64,000 nucleotides of DNA from Microbacterium sp. GTDB taxonomy: Bacteria > Actinomycetota > Actinomycetes > Actinomycetales > Microbacteriaceae. Location: the NCBI GenBank assembly GCA_031177765.1, contig JAPSKH010000002.1, forward strand, positions 9,900 through 73,899, given 5' to 3'. Shown here in pieces: positions 56,733 to 64,000 of this stretch (position 1 is the stretch's first letter; the number at the start of each line of letters is the position of its first letter). The position numbers were made by a program, and so were the translations under genes. The notes beneath the pieces are model-generated. The model searched no databases and was not told the DNA's origin. It saw only the letters and a program-made list of their open reading frames with translations.

Positions 56733-56834
56733 TCGTCTACACAGTGGGGGTCGGAGCTTGCTCCGGCCCCCTCTGGGTTACCCTGGACGTCGGCATGTCG
56801 TCGTGCATGCCGGCATCCCTCTGGAGGAGTCCTC

Positions 56835-58160
56835 TTGTTCAGCGCCATCGCGCGGGTCTTCCGCACCCCTGACCTGCGGCGGAAGATCGCATTCACCCTG
56901 GCGATCATCGCCCTGTACCGGTTCGGCGCCCACGTGCCCGCGCCGTTCGTCGACTTCCCGAACGTGCAGTCCTGCCTCGACCAGAGCGGCAGCACCGAGG
57001 GGCTGCTGTCGCTGGTCAACCTGTTCTCGGGCGGCGCGCTGCTGCAGCTGTCGATCTTCGCGCTCGGCGTCATGCCGTACATCACCGCGACGATCATCGT
57101 CCAGCTGCTGCGCGTGGTGATCCCGCACTTCGAGAGCCTCTACAAAGAGGGCCAGGCGGGCCAGGCCAAGCTGACGCAGTACACGCGATACCTCACCATC
57201 GCCCTGGCGCTCCTCCAGTCCACCACGCTGGTCACCGTCGCCCGCAGCGGACAGCTGTTCGGCGTGACCGGCATCCCCGAGTGCGAGCAGCTGCTCACCA
57301 ACGACGTGTGGTGGGCGCAGCTGCTCATGATCATCACCATGACCGCCGGCACGGGCCTCATCATGTGGTTCGCCGAGCTGGTCACCGAGCGCGGCATCGG
57401 CAACGGCATGTCGCTGCTCATCTTCACCTCCATCGCGGCGACCTTCCCGGCGGCGATGGGCTCCATCTGGGCGGCCCGCGGCTTCGAGGTGTTCCTCCTC
57501 GTGCTCGCCGTCGGCATCGTCGTCGTCGCCCTCGTGGTGTTCGTCGAGCAGTCGCAGCGCCGCATCCCGGTCCAGTACGCCAAGCGCATGGTCGGCCGCC
57601 GCACGTATGGCGGCACCAACACGTACATCCCGATCAAGGTCAACATGGCCGGCGTCGTGCCGGTGATCTTCGCGTCGTCGCTGCTGTACATCCCCGCGCT
57701 CATCGCGCAGTTCAACATGCAGCCCGGCGCCGGCAACGAGATCCCCGGCTGGGTCGCGTGGATCCAGACGTACTTCACCAACGGCGACCACCCCATCTAC
57801 ATGGCGGTGTACTTCCTGCTGATCGTCGGCTTCACCTACTTCTACGTCGCGATCACGTTCAACCCGGTCGAGGTCGCCGACAACATGAAGAAGTACGGCG
57901 GCTTCATCCCCGGCATCCGCGCGGGCCGGCCGACCGCCGAGTACCTCGACTACGTGCTCACCCGCATCACGCTGCCGGGCTCGCTCTACCTCGGTCTCAT
58001 CGCCCTCCTGCCGCTCATCGCCCTGGCGACGGTCGGTGCGAACCAGAACTTCCCGTTCGGCGGCGCGTCGATCCTCATCATCGTGGGCGTCGGCCTCGAG
58101 ACGGTGAAGCAGATCGACGCGCAGCTGCAGCAGCGCCACTACGAAGGACTTCTCCGATGA
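56835..58160 (+). CDS. secY: Preprotein translocase subunit SecY
   Basis: SIFALGVMPYITA, GIGNGMSL, GGFIPGIRAG; TTG start after GGAGGAG. Confidence 0.99.
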   Translation: MFSAIARVFRTPDLRRKIAFTLAIIALYRFGAHVPAPFVDFPNVQSCLDQSGSTEGLLSLVNLFSGGALLQLSIFALGVMPYITATIIVQLLRVVIPHFESLYKEGQAGQAKLTQYTRYLTIALALLQSTTLVTVARSGQLFGVTGIPECEQLLTNDVWWAQLLMIITMTAGTGLIMWFAELVTERGIGNGMSLLIFTSIAATFPAAMGSIWAARGFEVFLLVLAVGIVVVALVVFVEQSQRRIPVQYAKRMVGRRTYGGTNTYIPIKVNMAGVVPVIFASSLLYIPALIAQFNMQPGAGNEIPGWVAWIQTYFTNGDHPIYMAVYFLLIVGFTYFYVAITFNPVEVADNMKKYGGFIPGIRAGRPTAEYLDYVLTRITLPGSLYLGLIALLPLIALATVGANQNFPFGGASILIIVGVGLETVKQIDAQLQQRHYEGLLR

Positions 58161-58750
58161 CCCGTCTCCTCATCGTCGGGCCGCAGGGCTCCGGCAAGGG
58201 CACGCAGGGCGTCCGCATCGCCCAGGCCTTCGGCATCCCGGCGATCTCGACCGGCGACGTGTTCCGTGCGGCGGTCGCCGACGGGTCGCCGCTGGGGAAG
58301 CAGGTCAAGGCCGTGATCGACGCCGGGTCGCTCGTCTCGGACGAGCTGACCGGCGCCGTCGTCCGCGAGCGGCTGTCGCAGCAGGATGCCGCCGACGGGT
58401 TCCTGCTCGACGGGTACCCGCGCAACATCGCGCAGGTCGGCAACCTCGACGAGTTCCTCGAGGGTCGCCAGGAGTCCCTGGACGCGGTGATCGAGCTCGA
58501 CGTCCCGCGGGACGAGAGCATCGCGCGCCTCACGCGACGGGCCGCCGAGCAGGGACGCGCCGACGACACCGAGGAGGTCATCGCGAACCGCCTCGCCATC
58601 TACGAGCGCGAGACCGCGCCGATCCTCGAGGTGTACCGCACCCGTGGTCTGTTGGACCGCATCGACGGCGTCGGCTCGCTCGACGAGATCACGGCCCGCA
58701 TCATCGCGGCGCTCGAGGCGCGCGGGCTCGTCCGCGCCGCCACGGTCTGA
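58157..58750 (+). CDS. adk: Adenylate kinase
   Basis: GPQGSGKGTQ, ISTGD, FLLDGYPR, RADD; ATGA overlap. Confidence 0.98.
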   Translation: MTRLLIVGPQGSGKGTQGVRIAQAFGIPAISTGDVFRAAVADGSPLGKQVKAVIDAGSLVSDELTGAVVRERLSQQDAADGFLLDGYPRNIAQVGNLDEFLEGRQESLDAVIELDVPRDESIARLTRRAAEQGRADDTEEVIANRLAIYERETAPILEVYRTRGLLDRIDGVGSLDEITARIIAALEARGLVRAATV

Positions 58751-58754
58751 TCCC

Positions 58755-59594
58755 GTGTCGCTGCGCCGCTCCATCTACAAGTCGCCCGCCCAGCTGCGGG
58801 CGATGGTCGAACCCGGACTGATCACCGCCGCCGCGCTGGACGCGGTGCGCGACCTCATCGCTCCCGGCGTGACGACGGCGGAACTGGATGCCGCGGCATC
58901 CGCCGTCATCACCGGCCGGGGGGCGAAGTCGAACTTCCAGATGGTGCGCGGCTACCGTCACACCATCTGCGCTTCGGTCAACGAGCAGGTCGTCCACGGC
59001 ATCCCGGGCGATCGTGCGCTCCAGCCGGGCGACATCCTCTCGATCGACGCCGGTGCCGAGTACAAGGGCTGGAACGGCGACTCGGCGTTCACGGTGGTCC
59101 TGCCCGACCCGGCGCGCCCGGGGATCGTGGCCGAGCGCGAGCAGCTCTCGCGCGTGACCGAGGGATCGCTGTGGGCCGGCATCGCGGCGCTCGCCCGCGC
59201 AAGGCACATCGGCGAGGTGGGCGCTGCCATCGAGGACCACATCGAGGCGCACGCGCCCGACGGCGGCTACGGGATCCTCCGCGAGTACGTCGGGCACGGC
59301 ATCGGCCGGAAGATGCACGAGTCGCCGTCGGTCTTCAACTACCGCGTCAGCGACCCCGGACCCGAGGTGCGACCGGGGCTCGTGCTGGCCATCGAGCCGA
59401 TGGTCGTGATCGGCGACCAGGCGACCTTCGTCGAGGACGACGGCTGGACGGTCTCCACCCTCGACGGCACGGCGGGTTCACACTGGGAGCACAGCGTCGC
59501 GGTGCACGATGACGGAATCTGGGTGCTCACGGCGCCCGACGGCGGCGCGGCGGGACTGGCGCCCTTCGGGGTCACGCCCCGCGAGATCGCATAG
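58755..59594 (+). CDS. map: Methionine aminopeptidase type I
   Basis: SVNEQVVHGIP, GHGIG..MHE, IEPM, HWEH. Confidence 0.97.
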   Translation: MSLRRSIYKSPAQLRAMVEPGLITAAALDAVRDLIAPGVTTAELDAAASAVITGRGAKSNFQMVRGYRHTICASVNEQVVHGIPGDRALQPGDILSIDAGAEYKGWNGDSAFTVVLPDPARPGIVAEREQLSRVTEGSLWAGIAALARARHIGEVGAAIEDHIEAHAPDGGYGILREYVGHGIGRKMHESPSVFNYRVSDPGPEVRPGLVLAIEPMVVIGDQATFVEDDGWTVSTLDGTAGSHWEHSVAVHDDGIWVLTAPDGGAAGLAPFGVTPREIA

Positions 59595-59612
59595 CGGAGG
59601 AGGGTCCGGGAA

Positions 59613-60302
59613 ATGGCTCAGGGCACGCGCAAGGTCAACTGGTTCGCGATCTGGGTGAGTGTCGCCGTCGTGGTGGCTCTCGTGATCGTCACGGTCCTCG
59701 TGGTCACGCTCAACAACGAGGCGGAGAACCCCGGGCCGGGGGAGACGCCGGCGGCGTCGAACATCGATCCGGAGACCGGTGCGATCCTCGTCGGCGACGG
59801 CGAGGACCGTCTGGACACCTACATCGACTTCATGTGCCCGGTATGCGGACAGTTCGAGCAGATCTACGGACCGGCCATCGAGGGACTGGTCGACGACGGC
59901 GCCATCACGCTCGGCATCCACCCGATCTCGATCCTCGACCGCCAGTCGCAGGGCACGGAGTTCTCCACGCGCGCCGCGAACGCGATGTACTGCGTGGCCG
60001 AATCGGATCCGGATGCCTCGCTGCCGTTCCTCCAGGCGATGTTCCAGAGCCAGCCCGCCGAAGGGACCGCCGGCCTCGCGAACGAGGAGATCCTCGCCAT
60101 CGCCGAGGGTGTGGGCGTGACCGGCATCGACGCGTGCGTGAACGACGGCGAGTACGAGCGGTTCGTCGCGGCGATGACCGAGAAGACCCCGATCCAGCCC
60201 GGCATGGAGGGCATCGCGACGCCGACCATCGCGGTCAACGGCGAGGCGATCGCCAACCGCGACCTGCCCGAGCCCGACCAGCTCGCCACCCTGTTCGAGT
60301 AA
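59613..60302 (+). CDS. Membrane-anchored DsbA-like thioredoxin-fold protein
   Basis: N-terminal TM; YIDFMCPVC; TPTIAVNG cis-Pro loop. Confidence 0.9.
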   Translation: MAQGTRKVNWFAIWVSVAVVVALVIVTVLVVTLNNEAENPGPGETPAASNIDPETGAILVGDGEDRLDTYIDFMCPVCGQFEQIYGPAIEGLVDDGAITLGIHPISILDRQSQGTEFSTRAANAMYCVAESDPDASLPFLQAMFQSQPAEGTAGLANEEILAIAEGVGVTGIDACVNDGEYERFVAAMTEKTPIQPGMEGIATPTIAVNGEAIANRDLPEPDQLATLFE

Positions 60303-60324
60303 GGCGCCTCCCGCGGCGGCGCAT

Positions 60325-60353
60325 TTGCCGCGGCATCCGTTATCACGTATGCT
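60325..60353 (+). promoter_or_regulatory. Candidate sigma-A promoter of infA/alpha operon
   Basis: TTGCCG-N17-TATGCT. Confidence 0.6.
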
Positions 60354-60446
60354 TGTTCTTTGGTGCGTTGCGCCCTCATCGGCGTGTCGCCGCACCGAAT
60401 CCCACCCACCGCAGACCGACCGGTCCGCACAACTGTAAGCGAGCGT

Positions 60447-60668
60447 ATGGCGAAGAAAGACGGTGTCATCGAGATCGAGGGCGTCGTGTCCGAGGCGCTG
60501 CCCAACGCGATGTTCCGCGTCGAGCTCACCAACGGACACAAGGTGCTCGCCACGATCTCGGGCAAGATGCGGCAGAACTACATCCGCATCATCCCCGAGG
60601 ACCGCGTGGTCGTGGAGCTCTCTCCCTACGACCTGACCCGCGGCCGCATCGTCTACCGCTACCGCTAG
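60447..60668 (+). CDS. infA: Translation initiation factor IF-1
   Basis: [32 protein letters not shown]. Confidence 0.99.
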   Translation: MAKKDGVIEIEGVVSEALPNAMFRVELTNGHKVLATISGKMRQNYIRIIPEDRVVVELSPYDLTRGRIVYRYR

Positions 60669-60734
60669 ACCGGTCGAGAAGTAACGCCCCACGTGTGCCA
60701 CGCGTGCCCGGCGAAGACAGCGAACAGGAAAATC

Positions 60735-60851
60735 ATGAAGGTCAACCCCTCCGTCAAGCCCATCTGCGACCACTGCAAGATCATCCGCCGCCACGGCCGC
60801 GTCATGGTGATCTGCAAGAGCAACCCGCGTCACAAGCAGCGCCAGGGCTGA
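60735..60851 (+). CDS. rpmJ: 50S ribosomal protein L36 (Zn-binding form; not in the ORF track)
   Basis: Translated by hand: [38 protein letters not shown]. Confidence 0.98.
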   Translation: MKVNPSVKPICDHCKIIRRHGRVMVICKSNPRHKQRQG

Positions 60852-60998
60852 TCGGATGCCGCGCGCTGACGCGGCCCTCAGACTCACAACTCAATACACA
60901 TCAGGCAGCATCAGAACCTCTTCGGAGGGGACACCTCGGGGCGGAGGCCCGGGCACCGATGCTGCTCCACACCTCCACGACACTCCTAGGAGAGCCGC

Positions 60999-61379
60999 AT
61001 GGCACGTCTCGCCGGCGTCGACATCCCGCGCGACAAGCGCGTGGTCATCGCCCTGACCTACATCTACGGCATCGGCCGTACCCGCTCGATCGAGATCCTC
61101 AAGGCGACCGAGATCGACGAGAACATCCGCGTCAAGGACCTCGACGACGACCAGCTCGTCGCGCTCCGCGACTACATCGAGGCCAACTACAAGGTCGAGG
61201 GTGACCTCCGCCGTGAGGTGGCCGCCGACATCCGCCGCAAGGTCGAGATCGGCTCGTACGAGGGCCTGCGCCACCGCCGCGGCCTGCCCGTGCGCGGCCA
61301 GCGCACCAAGACGAACGCGCGCACCCGCAAGGGCCCGAAGCGCACCGTCGCCGGCAAGAAGAAGGCCGGCCGCAAGTAA
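60999..61379 (+). CDS. rpsM: 30S ribosomal protein S13
   Basis: [28 protein letters not shown]. Confidence 0.99.
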   Translation: MARLAGVDIPRDKRVVIALTYIYGIGRTRSIEILKATEIDENIRVKDLDDDQLVALRDYIEANYKVEGDLRREVAADIRRKVEIGSYEGLRHRRGLPVRGQRTKTNARTRKGPKRTVAGKKKAGRK

Positions 61380-61415
61380 TCGGCTCGCGCACACAGGTTT
61401 AGGAGAGCAAAAGCA

Positions 61416-61814
61416 ATGGCACAGGCCAAGTCCGCTGCGCGCAAGCCGCGCCGCAAGGAGAAGAAGAACATCGCCGTGGGTCAGGCCCACATCAAGTCGA
61501 CGTTCAACAACACGATCGTCTCGATCACCGACCCGTCCGGCGCCGTCATCAGCTGGGCGTCGTCGGGTGGCGTGGGCTTCAAGGGCTCGCGCAAGTCCAC
61601 GCCGTACGCCGCCGGCATGGCCGCGGAGTCCGCTGCCCGTCAGGCGCAGGAGCACGGCGTGAAGAAGGTCGACGTCTTCGTGAAGGGCCCCGGCTCGGGT
61701 CGCGAGACGGCGATCCGCTCGCTGACCGCCGCGGGCCTCGAGGTGGGCTCGATCCAGGACGTGACGCCGCAGGCCCACAACGGCTGCCGTCCGCCCAAGC
61801 GTCGCCGCGTCTGA
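61416..61814 (+). CDS. rpsK: 30S ribosomal protein S11
   Basis: [29 protein letters not shown]. Confidence 0.99.
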   Translation: MAQAKSAARKPRRKEKKNIAVGQAHIKSTFNNTIVSITDPSGAVISWASSGGVGFKGSRKSTPYAAGMAAESAARQAQEHGVKKVDVFVKGPGSGRETAIRSLTAAGLEVGSIQDVTPQAHNGCRPPKRRRV

Positions 61815-61986
61815 CATCCTCACTGCCGCGCGCGGTCCGCTCGCATCCTCCGGGATGGCCGAGCGGGCCGCGCAGCGGCCGTCCCGGAACACACGGACGC
61901 CGCGCTTCGCGGCGTCCCGGATACAACTCAACACCTCACTCACCGCACGTGTCATATAGCGGGCACGTGATCGAAAGGAACACATA

Positions 61987-62976
61987 GTGCTCATCGCACA
62001 GCGTCCCACTCTGACCGAGGAGAAGATCGGGGAGTTCCGCAGCCGCTTCGTCATCGAGCCGCTGGAGCCCGGCTTCGGCTACACGATCGGCAACGCGCTG
62101 CGTCGCAGCCTCCTGTCGTCCATCCCCGGTGCAGCAGTGACGTCGATCCGCATCGACGGCGTCCTCCACGAGTTCAGCACCATCCCGGGTGTCAAGGAGG
62201 ATGTCACCGAGATCATCCTCAACATCAAGCAGCTGGTCGTCTCCAGCGAGCGCGACGAGCCCATCACCGCGTACCTGCGCAAGACCGGCGCCGGTGAGGT
62301 CACCGCCGCCGACATCTCCGCTCCCGCCGGTGTCGAGGTGCACAACCCCGAGCTGGTCATCGCGACGCTCAACGACACCGCCCGGTTCGAGCTCGAGCTC
62401 ACGATCGAGCGCGGTCGCGGCTACGTCTCGGCGACGCAGAACCGCAACGAGTACGCCGAGGCCGGCCAGATCCCGGTCGACTCGATCTACTCGCCCGTGC
62501 TGAAGGTCAGCTACCGTGTCGACGCCACCCGCGCCGGTGAGCGCACCGACTTCGACAAGCTCGTCCTCGACGTCGAGACCAAGCCCTCGATCGCCCCGCG
62601 CGACGCCGTCGCGTCGGCCGGTCGTACCCTGACCGAGCTGTTCGGCCTCGCCCGCGAGCTCAACGTCGAGGCCGAGGGCATCGAGATCGGCCCCGCGCCG
62701 GTCGAGACGGTCCTCTCGAACGAGCTGTCGATGCCGATCGAGGACCTGGACCTGTCGGTCCGCTCGTACAACTGCCTCAAGCGCGAGGGCATCAACACCG
62801 TTTCGGAGCTCGTCGCCCTCTCGGAGACGCAGCTGATGAACATCCGCAACTTCGGTCAGAAGTCGGTCGACGAGGTGCGTGACAAGCTCACGTCGCTCGG
62901 CCTGTCGCTGAAGGACTCGGTCCCCGGGTTCGACGGCGCGCACTTCTACGGCGGCTACGACGACGAGAACGTCTGA
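61987..62976 (+). CDS. rpoA: DNA-directed RNA polymerase subunit alpha
   Basis: [35 protein letters not shown]. Confidence 0.99.
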   Translation: MLIAQRPTLTEEKIGEFRSRFVIEPLEPGFGYTIGNALRRSLLSSIPGAAVTSIRIDGVLHEFSTIPGVKEDVTEIILNIKQLVVSSERDEPITAYLRKTGAGEVTAADISAPAGVEVHNPELVIATLNDTARFELELTIERGRGYVSATQNRNEYAEAGQIPVDSIYSPVLKVSYRVDATRAGERTDFDKLVLDVETKPSIAPRDAVASAGRTLTELFGLARELNVEAEGIEIGPAPVETVLSNELSMPIEDLDLSVRSYNCLKREGINTVSELVALSETQLMNIRNFGQKSVDEVRDKLTSLGLSLKDSVPGFDGAHFYGGYDDENV

Positions 62977-63042
62977 GCCGACCGGACGCCGGGTCACCGG
63001 CATCCGTCCACCGACCGACTTTTCCCACTGGAGTAATCAAGA

Positions 63043-63642
63043 ATGCCCAAGCCCACGAAGGGACCCCGCCTCGGAGGCGGCCCCGCCCACGAGCGCCTGC
63101 TGCTTGCGAACCTCGCCGCGGCCCTGTTCACGCACAAGTCGATCAAGACGACCGAGACCAAGGCCAAGCGCCTGCGTCCGCTCGCCGAGCGCCTCATCAC
63201 CTTCGCCAAGCGTGGCGACCTGCACGCGCGTCGTCGTGTGCTGTCGGTCATCGGTGACAAGGAAGTCGTGCACGTCCTGTTCACCGAGATCGCGCCCCTC
63301 GTCGCGGACCGCGACGGCGGCTACACTCGCATCACCAAGGTCGGCAACCGCAAGGGCGACAACGCGCCGATGGCCGTGATCGAGCTCGTTCTCGAGCCGG
63401 TCACCCCGAAGGCGAAGTCGACCCGGAAGTCCGCCGCGGCCGCTGCTCCGGCAGCTGCCGCCGAGGAGCCGGCCGCCGAGACGACCGCTGAGGAGTCGAG
63501 CGTGAGCGAAGAGCCGATCGAGGACACCACCGCCGAGGAGTCGGCGACCGCCGGCGGCGCCGAGTCGCAGGAGGAAGGCGAGGCCGCCCAGGCTGCCGCC
63601 GAGGAGGCCGTCGAGGCCCCCGCCGAGGAGAAGTCCGAGTAA
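63043..63642 (+). CDS. rplQ: 50S ribosomal protein L17 (long acidic C-terminal extension)
   Basis: [28 protein letters not shown]. Confidence 0.99.
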   Translation: MPKPTKGPRLGGGPAHERLLLANLAAALFTHKSIKTTETKAKRLRPLAERLITFAKRGDLHARRRVLSVIGDKEVVHVLFTEIAPLVADRDGGYTRITKVGNRKGDNAPMAVIELVLEPVTPKAKSTRKSAAAAAPAAAAEEPAAETTAEESSVSEEPIEDTTAEESATAGGAESQEEGEAAQAAAEEAVEAPAEEKSE

Positions 63643-63705
63643 CGGGGCGCCGGGCGTCGCAGCCCGGCCGGTCGCGGCTCGCGCCGCGGCATCCCTTGCA
63701 CCGCG

Positions 63706-63735
63706 AGACCCGCGGCCCTTCGGGGCCGCGGGTCT
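63706..63735. terminator. Hairpin terminator between convergent rplQ and acyltransferase gene
   Basis: AGACCCGCGGCCC-TTCG-GGGCCGCGGGTCT. Confidence 0.8.
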
Positions 63736-63776
63736 TCGCGTTCGCGGCTGGTCTCCCGCGATGGAGTCGCTGCGGA

Positions 63777-64000
63777 TCAGCCGTGACGGGGCGCCGGTGT
63801 CGCTGACCCACCCGGCTTCGGGTCGAGATCGATGCCGAGGTGCTCCTCGACGCTGCGCAGGAAGTTCTTCTTGCGCTCCAGTCGCTCCCGCTCGGCGGCG
63901 TCGACCGCGTCGGCGACGGTCTCGGCGAAGATGCGCCCGCCCTGGGCGCCCGGGTGGACCTGGTCTCCGGCGAGCAGATCGGTGCGCGTGCCGATCGCGC
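63777..64000 (-). CDS. 3' end of an SGNH-domain protein (probably AT3-SGNH acyltransferase), partial
   Basis: Minus strand ...TDLLAGDQVHPGAQGGRIFAETV...RHG*; DxxHP is the SGNH block V motif. Confidence 0.65.
   Translation of the reverse strand, partial: AIGTRTDLLAGDQVHPGAQGGRIFAETVADAVDAAERERLERKKNFLRSVEEHLGIDLDPKPGGSATPAPRHG

Overview
High-GC actinobacterial chromosome, most like Microbacterium/Microbacteriaceae (judged from protein sequences and gene order). Left to right: end of a 5-oxoprolinase pxpA-pxpBC unit; a DUF4062-STAND ATPase-TPR gene divergent from rpoB-rpoC; several small membrane/hypothetical genes; a ~24 kb accessory block (17.5-41.9 kb); then the str, S10, spc and alpha ribosomal operons (no rpsN, no rpsD) and the 3' end of an SGNH/acyltransferase gene. 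The accessory block is the best candidate for an undescribed system. A tightly coupled operon (Hanks kinase, 1985-aa Ig/FN3 surface protein, MoxR, DUF58, probably inactive transglutaminase-like protein, two membrane FHA proteins, a TPDD-repeat protein) ends in an FHA-bearing EssC/EccC-like ATPase. It is followed by non-canonical WXG100-like substrates, a hydrophobic-hairpin effector and candidate chaperone/immunity genes. No other standard type VII core gene (EccB/D/E, MycP, EsaA, EssA/B) is recognisable in the window, so this looks like a phosphorylation-controlled type VII secretion variant. Two non-coding signals also stand out: an over-represented heptamer GGATGCC/GGCATCC and a recurrent AT-rich 11-mer ACAACTCAAYA in r-protein operon spacers. 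All domain calls are by-eye motif recognition; no searches were run.
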